Of a stretch of DNA of 64,000 bases, positions 9,382-20,052 are shown piece by piece. The stretch spans positions 392,626-456,625 of the forward strand of contig CAXXGJ010000006.1 of assembly GCA_963677895.2 (NCBI GenBank), read 5' to 3'. Numbering within the stretch: the first letter of the stretch is position 1; each line of letters starts with the position of its first letter. The notes beneath the pieces were generated by a model that had not been told where the DNA came from, searched no databases, and saw only the letters and a program-made list of their open reading frames with translations. This stretch comes from Treponemataceae bacterium (GTDB lineage Bacteria; Spirochaetota; Spirochaetia; Treponematales; Rectinemataceae). The translations under genes and the position numbers were made by a program.

Positions 9382-10350
9382 CTATTCCGGATTTTTCCTA
9401 TTGAGGGCGTGGCAGGCGCAGAAGTGCCTCTCGCCGTACTCGAGCATGGGCGGCTCCTCGCGTTTACAGAGGTCGAAGGCGTAGGCGCAACGAGTGTGGA
9501 ACCGGCAGCCAGCCGGCGGCGAGACAGGTGAGGGCGCGTCTCCCTCAAGCAGTATCCGCTCTTCCTGTCTGTCGGGATCGGGAACGGGAATGGCGGAAAG
9601 CAGTGCTTGCGTATAGGGGTGCAGAGGCTTGGCGAAGAGCGCCCGCTTGTCGGCTGTCTCGACGATTTTTCCCAGATACATGACGCAGATTCTGTCTGAT
9701 ATATGCTTTACGACCGAAAGATCGTGGGCGATGAAGAGATAGGTGAGCCCGCAGCTGCGCTGCAGATCCTTGAGGAGATTTATGATTTGCGCCTGAATGG
9801 ACACGTCCAGGGCGGAGACGGGCTCGTCGCATATGATGAGTCTCGGTTCCACGGCAAGCGCGCGGGCTATTCCGATTCTCTGACGTTGGCCGCCCGAAAA
9901 TTCGTGAGGATAGCGATCGGCATGAGACACGTCGAGACCGACCATCTTCAAGAGTTCCTGGACTCTTGTCTTCATCAGGTTTCGGGCGACGAGGTTATGC
10001 ACCAGAAGCGGTTCGCCGATGATTTCGCCCACCGTCATTCGCGGATCGAGAGACGCGAATGGGTCCTGGAAAACGATTTGCACCTTTCTCCTGAAGGCCT
10101 TCATGTCGCTTTTCTGGATCGCAAAAATGTCCTTGCCCTCGAAGCGCGCCGACCCCGATGTCGGGTCTTCTAGTCGGATCAGCACTTTTCCGGTCGTCGA
10201 TTTTCCGCAGCCGGACTCTCCCACCATGCCGAGCGTCTCGCCCTCAAGGATGCCGAACGAAATGCCGTCGACCGCTTTCACCGAACCGGCCGGGGAAGGA
10301 AAGTGTTTGACAAGATCCTTGACTTCCAGTATCGCCGCGCCTTCCTTCAT
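9382..10350 (-). CDS. oligopeptide/dipeptide ABC transporter ATP-binding protein (OppF/DppF-like)
   Basis: [44 protein letters not shown] overlap with upstream gene. Confidence 0.95.
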   Translation of the reverse strand: MKEGAAILEVKDLVKHFPSPAGSVKAVDGISFGILEGETLGMVGESGCGKSTTGKVLIRLEDPTSGSARFEGKDIFAIQKSDMKAFRRKVQIVFQDPFASLDPRMTVGEIIGEPLLVHNLVARNLMKTRVQELLKMVGLDVSHADRYPHEFSGGQRQRIGIARALAVEPRLIICDEPVSALDVSIQAQIINLLKDLQRSCGLTYLFIAHDLSVVKHISDRICVMYLGKIVETADKRALFAKPLHPYTQALLSAIPVPDPDRQEERILLEGDAPSPVSPPAGCRFHTRCAYAFDLCKREEPPMLEYGERHFCACHALNRKNPE

Positions 10351-11393
10351 TTCGCTATTCCTCCATCCATCGATGCGTTCCCCGTATCGCTCATCGCGAC
10401 GGATGCATCTGTCGCCGCGTTCCAGCATGCCACGGCGCGTTTTCCCGCGGCGAAAGGTTCCAGTGGCGGCACCTCAGTCATGCAACGCTCCGTCGCGCGG
10501 ACGCAGCGCGGACAGAAGGCGCAGCCTGGGGGCATCTCCTGCTGGTTCGGCACGACTCCCTCGATCGCTTGAAGTCGCTCAACCTCCTGGTCGATGCGAG
10601 GAATGGATTGGAGCAGGCCGATGGTATAGGGGTGTCTCGCGTCCTTGAAGATATTCCTGACATCGGCTTTCTCCACGATTTTTCCCGCGTACATGACGAC
10701 GACATCGTCCGCGAGGCCGGCGACCACGCCCAGATCATGGGTGATGAGGATTATGGAAGCGCCGAATTCCGACCGCATTTTCTTCATGAGGTCTATAATC
10801 TGGGCCTGTATGGTGACATCGAGGGCCGTCGTCGGCTCGTCGGCGATGAGGAGCTTCGAGTTGCACGATAGAGCCATGGCGATCATCACTCGCTGGCGCA
10901 TGCCGCCTGAGAGCTGATGCGGATAGGAGTCCATGCGCTTTTCGGGAAGGGGAATGCCCACGCGCGTGAGCATTTCTATCGCCTTTTTCCTGGCATCGGC
11001 AGCGCCGATCTTCTGGTGCAGGAGTATGGCCTCCGATATCTGGGTTCCAACCTTCATGATGGGGTTCAGGCTCGTCATGGGCTCCTGGAAAATCATGGAG
11101 ATGTCGTTTCCCCTGATTCCGCGCATCTGTTTTTCGGTTTTCGCTAGCAGATCTCTGCCTTCGAAAACGATGCTGCCGCTCACGATCTTGCCGGGCGGGT
11201 TCGGGATCAGGCGCATGATCGAAAGCGATGTCACGCTTTTCCCGCAGCCGGACTCTCCCACGATGCCCAGGGTCTTTCCTCTTTCGAGGTTGAAACTGAT
11301 GCCGTCCACGGCTTTTACGACACCTTCCTCGGTCCTGAAATATGTCCTCAGGTCCTTCACTTCGAGCAAATTGTCGGCCACGATCCCCTCCAT
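10347..11393 (-). CDS. oligopeptide/dipeptide ABC transporter ATP-binding protein (OppD/DppD-like)
   Basis: [34 protein letters not shown]. Confidence 0.95.
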   Translation of the reverse strand: MEGIVADNLLEVKDLRTYFRTEEGVVKAVDGISFNLERGKTLGIVGESGCGKSVTSLSIMRLIPNPPGKIVSGSIVFEGRDLLAKTEKQMRGIRGNDISMIFQEPMTSLNPIMKVGTQISEAILLHQKIGAADARKKAIEMLTRVGIPLPEKRMDSYPHQLSGGMRQRVMIAMALSCNSKLLIADEPTTALDVTIQAQIIDLMKKMRSEFGASIILITHDLGVVAGLADDVVVMYAGKIVEKADVRNIFKDARHPYTIGLLQSIPRIDQEVERLQAIEGVVPNQQEMPPGCAFCPRCVRATERCMTEVPPLEPFAAGKRAVACWNAATDASVAMSDTGNASMDGGIAK

Positions 11394-12742
11394 CAGAGCC
11401 CCAGTCCATTGAGCACGGCCAGGAGGGCGCCGTACTGAATCTGGACGAGATCGCGTATCGCGACGGTGCCATAGTCGAGCGCTTTTCCGATCTCGTCCAT
11501 CATGGCGTCGATCTTCGCGTCCAGCGTTTTGTAAGCCTCTTCGATGACTGGATTGTATTCCTTGGCCAGCTGAGCCTTGAGCGCCCTGCGGTACATCGAA
11601 ATGATGATCCCCTGATAGAAGGGAGTGATGTAGAGGGCATGGGCTTCCTGTGCCACCGTCGCTTCCTCCTCCATGATTTCCTTGGACATCGCCCAGGCTT
11701 TTTCGCCGTCCATCCTGTTCAGCATCTGCCCAATGAAGCTGGCGGAAGCGTCGCGCAGCACGGGTTCCTCGGTGAGCAGCGCCAGAGTGTCGTCCACCAC
11801 CTTTTTGGCGAAGGTCAACAGGGCGCGCGAGCGCTCGATGCCGTCTAGCACCACGGCTCCGCGCTTCTTGCCCACGGGGCTCGTGTCGGCGATCTTGGCG
11901 GTCTTGAAATAGGGAACTTCCGCGATGAGGGTGAAAGGCTTGCTGACCGTTTCAGCGTAATCCCTCGAGGATCCGCCGCCGAACATATACTTCGCGGGAT
12001 CGCCTTTGCCGAATTTTTCGAAATAATCGTACGCGTCGCTGGCGAAGTTGGTGGCGTAGACGGCGGGATAGAGCTCCTTACAATAAGGGGCCTCGGGCTC
12101 TCCAAGGGAAAGCGACAGCCCGCGTTCGGTGGGCAGGCGATGAAAGTCGGCGTAGGCCGACTCGAGCGGCCGCGAAATATAGTAATAAGCGCCGCCGAAG
12201 CCGGAATTGTGAAGCGAGTACATGACCGCCGGCCTTGTGATGTCGATGGCCTTCATGAGCGCCTTTGTCTCGGGTATCGGCTTGTCGAATTTGAAGGTCT
12301 TGTATTCCACGGGGAAGGTCCATTCGGCCTGGTCGTCTCCCCTCGGCCTGTAGAAATCGCGGGCATAGTTCTTGAGCGTGTAGGGCCCCTTGAACCAGCC
12401 CTCGTTGCGCCTCGTGCCGTCAGGGTCGATGCAGGGAATGATGTTCCAGGTCCTCCCCTCGCGCATTTCGGGGCTGGTCGCGAGTTCGTCGAGGAGGAAA
12501 TAGGCCATCATCGCGCCGATAGGTTCGTTCGGATGGGGCGAAGCGAAAAGAAGTATGGAAGTCGGGCCATTTCCCACCGTGACCATGGGGATCTTCTCCC
12601 CGTTTTTGGATTGGCCGACATAGGTCAGGCGGCAGAAGCCGGGATTGGCCTCTGCCACATGTATCGCGTGGCCGTAAAGCTCGTCGGTTCCGTAGAATTG
12701 GGTAAAGGCGGGCACGCGGGAAAGTCTTTCGTCTATAGTCAT
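11393..12742 (-). CDS. M14-family zinc carboxypeptidase/amidase, cytoplasmic
   Basis: HPNE zinc motif, DPDG, YSLH, late E(VP)Y; no signal peptide. Confidence 0.82.
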   Translation of the reverse strand: MTIDERLSRVPAFTQFYGTDELYGHAIHVAEANPGFCRLTYVGQSKNGEKIPMVTVGNGPTSILLFASPHPNEPIGAMMAYFLLDELATSPEMREGRTWNIIPCIDPDGTRRNEGWFKGPYTLKNYARDFYRPRGDDQAEWTFPVEYKTFKFDKPIPETKALMKAIDITRPAVMYSLHNSGFGGAYYYISRPLESAYADFHRLPTERGLSLSLGEPEAPYCKELYPAVYATNFASDAYDYFEKFGKGDPAKYMFGGGSSRDYAETVSKPFTLIAEVPYFKTAKIADTSPVGKKRGAVVLDGIERSRALLTFAKKVVDDTLALLTEEPVLRDASASFIGQMLNRMDGEKAWAMSKEIMEEEATVAQEAHALYITPFYQGIIISMYRRALKAQLAKEYNPVIEEAYKTLDAKIDAMMDEIGKALDYGTVAIRDLVQIQYGALLAVLNGLGL

Positions 12743-12752
12743 GGAAGCGCTC

Positions 12753-13625
12753 CTATTTAAGCTGTTTCGAGAGTCGGGGGTCGAGCGTATCGCGCAACGC
12801 GTCGCCGATGAAGTTGAAACTCAGCACGACCAGGAAAATGCATAGTCCCGGCCAGAGAATCATGTCGGAATTGAGAAGTATGTAATCCTTGCCCTCGTTC
12901 ACCATAGAGCCCCATTCGGGCGTCGGCTGCTGGACGCCGAAGCCGAGAAAGCCCAGCGCCGCGGAGGAAAGGATCGCTCCCGGAATTCCTAAGGTCGCCT
13001 GCACGATTATGGGGGTAATGGTGTTGGGCATTATGTGCCTGAATATGATGCGCGCGTCGCTGCAACCTGTCGTCTTGGCCGCCTGGATATACTCGATATT
13101 CCTGAGCGAAAGCACTTGGCCTCGCACGAGTCTGGCATAGCTGGGCCAATGCACGAGCCCCAGCACCCACATGACATTGAAAATGCTCGGTCCGAGTATG
13201 GCCATCACCGCGATGACGAGGATGAGGAAGGGAAAGGAATAGAACACTTCCACGAGACGCATGACGGTGAAATCCACCCATCCGCCATAGTAGCCGGAGA
13301 GGAGTCCCAAAATTGTTCCGACAACGGCGGCCAACGTCACGACGACGATGCCGATGAGCAGGGAGATGCGCGCTCCATACGCCAGCCGCGACAGGGTGTC
13401 CCTGCCGAAATTATCGGTGCCCAGCAGATGCCCGCCGCTTCCTGCCGGCACGAAGGCGTGTTCCAGATCCATGGTATAGGGATCGAATCGCACCAGCACC
13501 GGGGCGAATACAGCGATTACGATAAAGGCGGACAGCGCGATCAGACCGACAATGCCCAACTTATGACGGGCGAAAACCTTGAGGAGCCGCGGCGCGCCGG
13601 AGAATATAGTGTTCCGTTTTTTCAT
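12753..13625 (-). CDS. peptide ABC transporter permease (OppC/DppC-like)
   Basis: HLLGTDNFGRD, ARLVRGQVL, FLGFGVQQPTPEWG. Confidence 0.95.
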   Translation of the reverse strand: MKKRNTIFSGAPRLLKVFARHKLGIVGLIALSAFIVIAVFAPVLVRFDPYTMDLEHAFVPAGSGGHLLGTDNFGRDTLSRLAYGARISLLIGIVVVTLAAVVGTILGLLSGYYGGWVDFTVMRLVEVFYSFPFLILVIAVMAILGPSIFNVMWVLGLVHWPSYARLVRGQVLSLRNIEYIQAAKTTGCSDARIIFRHIMPNTITPIIVQATLGIPGAILSSAALGFLGFGVQQPTPEWGSMVNEGKDYILLNSDMILWPGLCIFLVVLSFNFIGDALRDTLDPRLSKQLK

Positions 13626-13626
13626 A

Positions 13627-14574
13627 TCAATCGTACCTGATCCTCGGATCTATGAAGACATACAGAATATCCACGATGAGCATGACCGCCACGAAGCAGA
13701 CCGCGAACACGAGCACCGTCCCCTGGATGAGCGGGAGGTCCCTGAACTTTACGGCGTTCATGGCCAGCATGCCGAGTCCGGGCAGGGAAAATATCGTCTC
13801 TATGATGACGGCGCCGCCCAGCAGCGAGCCGAACTGCATACCGAAGGTCGTAAGTATCGGAAGGAAGGCGTTCGGAAAAGCGTGTTTGAAAAGCACGCCC
13901 ATTTCGCTCTGTCCCTTGGCTCTGGCCGTCCTCGCGAAATCCTGGCCCAGCGCTTCGATCATGGTGGCGCGCGTGAGCCTCGTGAGAATGCCCGCCATGC
14001 TGCTCCCCAAGGTGATCGAGGGCAGAATGAGATAGCGTATCTGTTTCAGGAAGGTCGAGTCGTAGGTGGGAAGTCCGCGTATGGGGAGCCAGCCCAGCCT
14101 TAGGCCGAAAAAGAGTATGAGGAGAAGCCCCAAATAGAACGAAGGCATCGAAACGCCTACCAGCGCTATGGCCGTGGCGGAATAATCGAAAATGGACCTG
14201 CGCCGCGCCGCGGCGAGCACTCCCAGAGGGATGGCGATGCACAGGGAGACGAGGCAGGAAAAAATGGTCAACTTGAAGGTGTTTCCGATTTTTTCGCCGA
14301 TCATCTCGGCCACGGGCCGGTTGAACTGCACGGATCGCCCCATGTCGCCTTTTACGAGTTTTCCCATGTACGACACATACTGAACATACCAGGGGCGATC
14401 GAGTCCGAGTTCAGCCTTCAGCTTCGCCACATTTTCAACGTTGACCGTTTCATTGCTCAACATGAGGCTTATCGAATCGCCCGGGGCGAAAGAGACTAAC
14501 GCGAAAACGATGAAGGAGATACCGACGAGAACCGGGATGGTCGTCAGGATCCTTCGAGCGAGGTATTTACCCAT
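13627..14574 (-). CDS. peptide ABC transporter permease (OppB/DppB-like)
   Basis: LGLDRP..QY, GDMGRS, ARTARAKG, ETIFSLPGLG. Confidence 0.95.
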   Translation of the reverse strand: MGKYLARRILTTIPVLVGISFIVFALVSFAPGDSISLMLSNETVNVENVAKLKAELGLDRPWYVQYVSYMGKLVKGDMGRSVQFNRPVAEMIGEKIGNTFKLTIFSCLVSLCIAIPLGVLAAARRRSIFDYSATAIALVGVSMPSFYLGLLLILFFGLRLGWLPIRGLPTYDSTFLKQIRYLILPSITLGSSMAGILTRLTRATMIEALGQDFARTARAKGQSEMGVLFKHAFPNAFLPILTTFGMQFGSLLGGAVIIETIFSLPGLGMLAMNAVKFRDLPLIQGTVLVFAVCFVAVMLIVDILYVFIDPRIRYD

Positions 14575-14601
14575 TCTTCCTCTCCAAGCCCGAGGACCCG
14601 C

Positions 14602-14625
14602 CCCGGGCTGTCAATACAGCCCGGG
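14602..14625 (-). other. hairpin immediately after the SBP gene
   Basis: CCCGGGCTGT-CAAT-ACAGCCCGGG perfect 10-bp stem. Confidence 0.6.
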
Positions 14626-14646
14626 ATCGAGCCTATGGAAGTTTTT

Positions 14647-16227
14647 CTATTTATTGAGCCAGACGTTGTTTTCCGTTGAGACGAGGGTCAAGCCGCCCCA
14701 CGGAGGCACAAAGTCCACCACTTTCTTGCTTGACACCGCGTAGCTGTATTCGAAATAGAGAGGTATGCCGACAGTGTCCTTGAATACAAGGCGCTGGGCT
14801 TTCTTCCAGAGGGAAGAAAGCTCGTCGAACTTTACCTTCGTCAAGGCTTCGTCCAGGAGCTTGTTGACTTCCGGATTGTTGTAGAAGTGCGTGTTCGCGG
14901 CTCCGATCATGCTTCCGTGGAAGAGCGAATGGAATCCGGTGGTGCCCGCGAAGCTGTAGTCGAAGAAGACGGTGGTGTTGCCTTTGAGAAGATCGTCCGC
15001 CCAGACGGCCGTGTCCTGGGTGAGCACGCTCGCGTTGATGCCCTTTTCGCGCAGCTGGGTCGCGAGAATGGTGAGCGCCTTGACCTGCGAACCGGCCAGC
15101 GTCTTGATCTCGATCTTGAAGGGTTTTCCGTTGAGATCGAGGAAACCGTCGCCGTCCTGATCCTTGAAGCCGTTGGCGGCCAGGATCTTGAGGCCTTGAG
15201 CGGGATCATAGCTCCAGAGGTCTTTCAGCGAGAGGTCATAGCCGAAGGGTACCCAGGGCGGAACCTGTCCGTAGGCGCGTTCGCCGTGGTCGCCGATGAT
15301 CGCTTTGTAGGCGGTATCGATATCCAGAAGCATGGAGAGGGCTTTTCTGACGGCCGGGTTGCTGTAGGGGGCGACTGTCGTATTGAAGCCGAGACCGCGG
15401 TACGAACCGCCGCCCGATTTCACTACGTTGAATTTGGGATTTTTCTCGAAGCTGTCGGCCATTTCGAGGTTGAAAAGATGCTTGATCACATCGATTTCGC
15501 CCGACTGGAGCGCGATAGACTGGGCCAGAGGATCGGGAATGACCACGAATTCCACCGCGTCGAGATACACGGGCAGGCGATAGAAGGCGTTTTTGACCAG
15601 GAGCAGGCCGGAGTCGGGGGAGAAGCTCTTGAATTTGTATGGCCCGCTGCCGATCGGATGTTTCGCGAAGCCGTCTTCGCCCAGCTTGTCGATGGCTTCC
15701 TTGGGAATTATGCACATGCGGCAGAGCCTGTTGGGGTCGTTGACCAGGAAGGGCTGGGGTGTCTTGGTGGTGATTTCCACGGTATAGCGATCGAGCGCCT
15801 TCACGCCGGTGATAGGGCCGAGGGTGTAGGCGGTGCTCGTCTTCTGCATGAATTCTATGGAGTAGACCACATCGTCGGCGGTGATTTCCCTGCGAGTGCC
15901 CTTCGGGAAGATCGGGTTGTCGTCATGGAAGAGAACGCCCTTCTTGATCGAGAAAACCCAGGTGAGCGGATCGGGATTGGTCCATCCTTCGGCGAGCGAA
16001 GGTATCGGCTTGAAATCGTCCTTGCTGAGAATGAAGAGCGTGTCGAAGATGACGCTTTGGGAATCCGTGATATCGTTCGCGGCGGTCTTGTAGAGCTGGA
16101 GGCTCTGAAGGCTTGACGCGGCAACCTTCAATGTGCCGCCCGACCTCGGCGTCGCCCCGAAGGCGGCTGTAGCGCCTCCGAGAAGCAGGGCCGTCATTAC
16201 GATTGCTGCAAAGGTTTTTCTGAACAA
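14647..16227 (-). CDS. peptide ABC transporter substrate-binding protein (family 5)
   Basis: TTG start 7 nt after AGGAGG; signal peptide; PSLAE.W, TADDVVYS, PIGSGPYK. Confidence 0.92.
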   Translation of the reverse strand: MFRKTFAAIVMTALLLGGATAAFGATPRSGGTLKVAASSLQSLQLYKTAANDITDSQSVIFDTLFILSKDDFKPIPSLAEGWTNPDPLTWVFSIKKGVLFHDDNPIFPKGTRREITADDVVYSIEFMQKTSTAYTLGPITGVKALDRYTVEITTKTPQPFLVNDPNRLCRMCIIPKEAIDKLGEDGFAKHPIGSGPYKFKSFSPDSGLLLVKNAFYRLPVYLDAVEFVVIPDPLAQSIALQSGEIDVIKHLFNLEMADSFEKNPKFNVVKSGGGSYRGLGFNTTVAPYSNPAVRKALSMLLDIDTAYKAIIGDHGERAYGQVPPWVPFGYDLSLKDLWSYDPAQGLKILAANGFKDQDGDGFLDLNGKPFKIEIKTLAGSQVKALTILATQLREKGINASVLTQDTAVWADDLLKGNTTVFFDYSFAGTTGFHSLFHGSMIGAANTHFYNNPEVNKLLDEALTKVKFDELSSLWKKAQRLVFKDTVGIPLYFEYSYAVSSKKVVDFVPPWGGLTLVSTENNVWLNK

Positions 16228-16538
16228 TTCGAGACCTCCTGATAGTCGATATATGCGGCGATACACACCGCGCAAAGCCCGAAGGATATACTTTGCCATT
16301 GAATAACCGAAGTGTCGGGGTCTATGCCTGACCGAATATTTATCCAACGGCTATATGCAAATCAGCATATATTTAAAGTTATGCGATTAAAGAACAAATC
16401 TTATCGAATATATTCTACCAGAAGATTCTACAATGCAATAGAAACCAAGCGAAAAGCTTATGGTTTACATCATCTATTTTGCATTTTTATGAGGAAGGGG
16501 AAATTGTCCGAGACAGAGAAAGGACATTCGGCGGCCGC

Positions 16539-17828
16539 CTAAAATTTCGCGTGGCTGTAGCTGAAAAGATAGTCGAGATACCTCGATTTCATCTGCCTGC
16601 TTGCCAGTATCTGTTTGGCGGGGGGCAGTTTCAGGATTACGCCGAGTATAGCCGCCATCGCGCGGTGGCTGGCGAGAGCCTGGTTGTCGAAGATGAGGTT
16701 CTGCAGTTTTCCCCGCTCGATCGCCATGATGACGGTCCTGTGCGCCCCGTTGACCGGCGTGATGACGCGTTTTTCCCGCGAGACGAGCGCAATGGACTTT
16801 GTCGGGCAGGCTCTCGCGCAGAGGCCGCAGCCCAGACAGATCTCAGCGTTGAGCCGGGCCTTTTTACGTCTGGCGTTGTGGGGATCGCCGGCGCTCACGA
16901 GGCTCATCGCCTCGACGGGGCAGACCTCGGCGCACTTGCCGCAGCCGGAGCAGGCGCCAGCGTCGACGGCTGGCAGGAAATTCGTCGTGCTGATGGGGTT
17001 CAGGACGGCGAAACGCTTCGCGGCGAGCATGGCTTCGCAGCAGCAGCCGCAGCAGTTGCAGATGAACGACACCGACTGGCGTACGTTCTCGCCGAACTGG
17101 ACGAGGTTGTGCCCAACGGCCGTGTCGAGGAGATCGAGGCCTTCCTGGACGTCGACGCTGCGCGCGACGCCGTGCTTTACAAGCGATTCGGCGGCGCCGC
17201 CGAAGGTCATGCAGATTTCCAGAGGAGCCTCGCAGGCCTTCCCGAGGTGCCGCATCTTGTGGCGGCAATAGCAGGTGCCGATTCCCCGGTGGCTGGCCGT
17301 CTTTATCACCTCGCTCGCCTTTTCGTAATCCAGGACGTGGAGACAATTCTCTTCGGACAAGGATGGCTCGCTGACGAAGACGCGGCCGAGCTGCGTCTCT
17401 CCGCCCGCGAAAAGGTTCTTTATGAAGTCTTCCTCGACGTTGAGGTACCGGTAGTACAGCTCGGCCAGCAGCCTCTGGTCGTAGCTTCCGCCGATCCGCA
17501 TCATGGAAAACTCGAAGAAACCCGCCATGGGCGGCGGCATGCAGAAGATCTGCTTTCCCTCGGGATTTTCCGTGTCCAGGATCATCCCGCGATCGGCGAG
17601 GGCTTCCAGGGCTGTTCTCGCCTCATCCTCGGTCGTTTTCCAGTTTTTCGCCGCGGCCGCGGCCGTGAAAGGCCGCAGAGGGAGGAGGGCGATGCGGTCG
17701 GCTTCCTTTTCGGAGAACAGCACCGCGAGGATCTTGTAGAGGAGATCCTCGACGGGCGCGCCCTGAGGCATGAGGTTGATGTGTTCGGCGAGGTGGCTGT
17801 AACCATTCTTCAAGGTATGGTGTGCCAT
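16539..17828 (-). CDS. 4Fe-4S dicluster domain protein of unknown function
   Basis: CSGCGKCAEVCP and CLGCGLCARACP ferredoxin motifs plus CYCR and CNCCGCCC. Confidence 0.88.
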   Translation of the reverse strand: MAHHTLKNGYSHLAEHINLMPQGAPVEDLLYKILAVLFSEKEADRIALLPLRPFTAAAAAKNWKTTEDEARTALEALADRGMILDTENPEGKQIFCMPPPMAGFFEFSMMRIGGSYDQRLLAELYYRYLNVEEDFIKNLFAGGETQLGRVFVSEPSLSEENCLHVLDYEKASEVIKTASHRGIGTCYCRHKMRHLGKACEAPLEICMTFGGAAESLVKHGVARSVDVQEGLDLLDTAVGHNLVQFGENVRQSVSFICNCCGCCCEAMLAAKRFAVLNPISTTNFLPAVDAGACSGCGKCAEVCPVEAMSLVSAGDPHNARRKKARLNAEICLGCGLCARACPTKSIALVSREKRVITPVNGAHRTVIMAIERGKLQNLIFDNQALASHRAMAAILGVILKLPPAKQILASRQMKSRYLDYLFSYSHAKF

Positions 17829-17968
17829 GATGCCCAAACGATAGCACCCCTATATCGCGCCTGCAAGATTCGCCTGACGCCGCTCTCGACCGGCAATCCG
17901 TTATCGGGGCGAGAAACAGTTTCGTCTGACTTTTTTTGTGGTATCATTCTATGGGAGAAGGAGAGTTC

Positions 17969-18670
17969 ATGAAAAAGTTGGTGCTTTTCATATTCGTCGC
18001 GGTCATGATGGCGTCCTGCTCGACGACCAAAACCCTCGTCATGGAGATCGACAGCATCGGAAGGGATGCTGTCCCGGAGAAACGCAACTATATTTTCGTT
18101 CCGACGGATTCCAGCATAAAAACCGGCGACCTCCGTTTCGAGAAATACACGGGCTATATCGAAAAGGTCCTTTCGAGAAAAGGGTACAGGAAGGTTTCGG
18201 CCGCGGAAGACGCGAATATCATTGTCTATGTGATGTATGGCGTCGGCGAGCCGCAGGAGCATCAATATGCGTACCGCGTACCCGTGTTCGGCCTTGTCCC
18301 TTCTATACCGAAATCCCCGCCTCCTCCGCCTTACGGCCATAACCCGCCGCCGCCCTATCCGCCGTACCCGCCCATCAGGTCATACAGTCCGACCTTTGGG
18401 ATCATCGGCTCCTCGACGCATTACGAAACCTACACGACCTATTTCCGCTACTGCAAGATCGAAGCCTTCGATTTCGACTTGCTGCGGGAAAACAATGTCG
18501 AAAGGCAGCTCTGGTCCACCGTCATAACGAGCACTGGACGAGACGGCGATCTCAGGCAGATTATGCCCTATCTGATCGCGGGAGCGGAGGACTATATCGC
18601 CACCGATACGGGCCGCAAGATAGAGATCCAGGTCGACATCGACGACGAGCAGATCCAGGAGTACCACTGA
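17969..18670 (+). CDS. lipoprotein with a proline-rich loop (DUF4136-like)
   Basis: MKK, hydrophobic stretch and MASC lipobox; PPPPPYGHNPPPPYPPYPP; AAGGAG RBS. Confidence 0.7.
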   Translation: MKKLVLFIFVAVMMASCSTTKTLVMEIDSIGRDAVPEKRNYIFVPTDSSIKTGDLRFEKYTGYIEKVLSRKGYRKVSAAEDANIIVYVMYGVGEPQEHQYAYRVPVFGLVPSIPKSPPPPPYGHNPPPPYPPYPPIRSYSPTFGIIGSSTHYETYTTYFRYCKIEAFDFDLLRENNVERQLWSTVITSTGRDGDLRQIMPYLIAGAEDYIATDTGRKIEIQVDIDDEQIQEYH

Positions 18671-18688
18671 CAACACGGATCCGCGCTC

Positions 18689-19579
18689 TCATGACTCCGG
18701 GAGATGCCTCGCCAGAAACGCCGCGATCTCCGTTCCGCGATCGATGATGACGTGCCCCTTGTCCTCCAGCACGTGGATTTCGGCCTGGGGCAGAAGCGCG
18801 GAGAGCCTGCGAGCGGTTGCCCTCGTGTCGAGAAGGGCGTCGTGGACTCCGCCGAAGTACTGGATGGGCATGGTGAGCCGCCGCAACTCGTCGTCGCTGA
18901 AGATGGGGATCGGTTCAGTGAGCGGCGTGAAGTTGGCCGTGACCAGCGCCTGGAAATCGTGGATTTCCTCCGGCACTTCGGTATTGTAGTAGATAGCCTT
19001 GTTCATGAGCGCCCGTCCCCTTTCCCCGAGAAGCATGAAAAACATCATTTTGGGCAGGAAGCTGGATTTTTGGGCCGCGATGCCTCCTGGTACGAGAAGG
19101 GAGAGGGCGCTGACCCGCTCGGGGTAGGCTGCCGCGAAGCTCAACGCGTAGAAACCGCCGAGACTCATCCCCAGCAGCGCCGCGCTTTTCAGCCCGAGCC
19201 CGTCCAGGACCGAGCCGAGCCAGTCTGCCGGCTGGCTTGAATTGAGCGGCATCCTTACAGGCTCGCTCAAGCCCGGCTCTCCGGGAATGTCGACGCAGTA
19301 CAATGAAAACGATGTCGCGAATTCCGGTATCATGCCCAGCCATGTGGCGCTGTTGGCCATGGAGCCGTGAAGCAGGATGAGCGGCGGTTTCGACGGATCG
19401 CCGCAGCCGACGATATGCGTTCTTCCCGGCGGCGTTGGGACATGGAATCTCTTCAGCGGAATTTGCGTGTACGAATCCAAGGCCTTCCGGTAATAGCTTT
19501 CCACGGCGGCGCGCCCTTCTTCCGATTTGTAGACGCCCCGGCGCGTGGCGGCGTCTCGCGGCGCGATGCCCGATTTCAT
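18689..19579 (-). CDS. alpha/beta-fold hydrolase (esterase-like)
   Basis: LLHG, VDIPG.PGLS, nucleophile GMSLG, G..D, GH. Confidence 0.9.
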   Translation of the reverse strand: MKSGIAPRDAATRRGVYKSEEGRAAVESYYRKALDSYTQIPLKRFHVPTPPGRTHIVGCGDPSKPPLILLHGSMANSATWLGMIPEFATSFSLYCVDIPGEPGLSEPVRMPLNSSQPADWLGSVLDGLGLKSAALLGMSLGGFYALSFAAAYPERVSALSLLVPGGIAAQKSSFLPKMMFFMLLGERGRALMNKAIYYNTEVPEEIHDFQALVTANFTPLTEPIPIFSDDELRRLTMPIQYFGGVHDALLDTRATARRLSALLPQAEIHVLEDKGHVIIDRGTEIAAFLARHLPES

Positions 19580-19583
19580 GTCG

Positions 19584-20048
19584 TCATTCCTCCTTCTGGG
19601 CGGCGAGAAGATCAAAGGTGCCGAGCACGGCGGCGATGAACTTCGGACTGCCGTAGAGGACGTATTTCGCCTTCCGGATTTCGGGGTAGTAGAAGAAGTC
19701 GAAGCGCGTCTTGCCCCAGGAATTGTCCTTGCCGTTGAGCATGGCCATGAGGGAATTGGAAATCCGGCTCGCCTCCTCCGAATTCTCTTCGTCTATCTCC
19801 ACCACCGCCGACACGGCGATTCTCTCCGCGAGATTAGCGGAGTCCGTTTTGTTCGTTTCCTGGCGGGGTTTTTCCTCGACGGCGAATTCGCTGTGGGCGT
19901 ATTCCTTGAGTTCGTCCCGGCTGACCATCCAGGATCGGCCTATTTTGCGCGCCTTGATTTTCCCTTCGTGAATGAAACGCAGGATTGTTTTGGGGTGAAG
20001 CTTGAGGATATCCGATAAATCGGCGATGGAATACAGTTTATGTTCCAT
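19584..20048 (-). CDS. HTH_17 (excisionase/MerR-like) DNA-binding domain protein
   Basis: LYSIADLSDILKLHPKTILRFIHEGKIKARKIGRSW. Confidence 0.82.
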   Translation of the reverse strand: MEHKLYSIADLSDILKLHPKTILRFIHEGKIKARKIGRSWMVSRDELKEYAHSEFAVEEKPRQETNKTDSANLAERIAVSAVVEIDEENSEEASRISNSLMAMLNGKDNSWGKTRFDFFYYPEIRKAKYVLYGSPKFIAAVLGTFDLLAAQKEE

Positions 20049-20052
20049 AATG

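Noticed and set aside
16283..16298. possible sigma-54 promoter for the opp operon (minus strand TGGCAAAGTATATCCT)
   Set aside because: The -12 position is CC rather than GC, and no activator is adjacent
19584..20048. excisionase marking a mobile element
   Set aside because: No integrase, att/tRNA site or phage/ICE genes nearby; more likely a regulator
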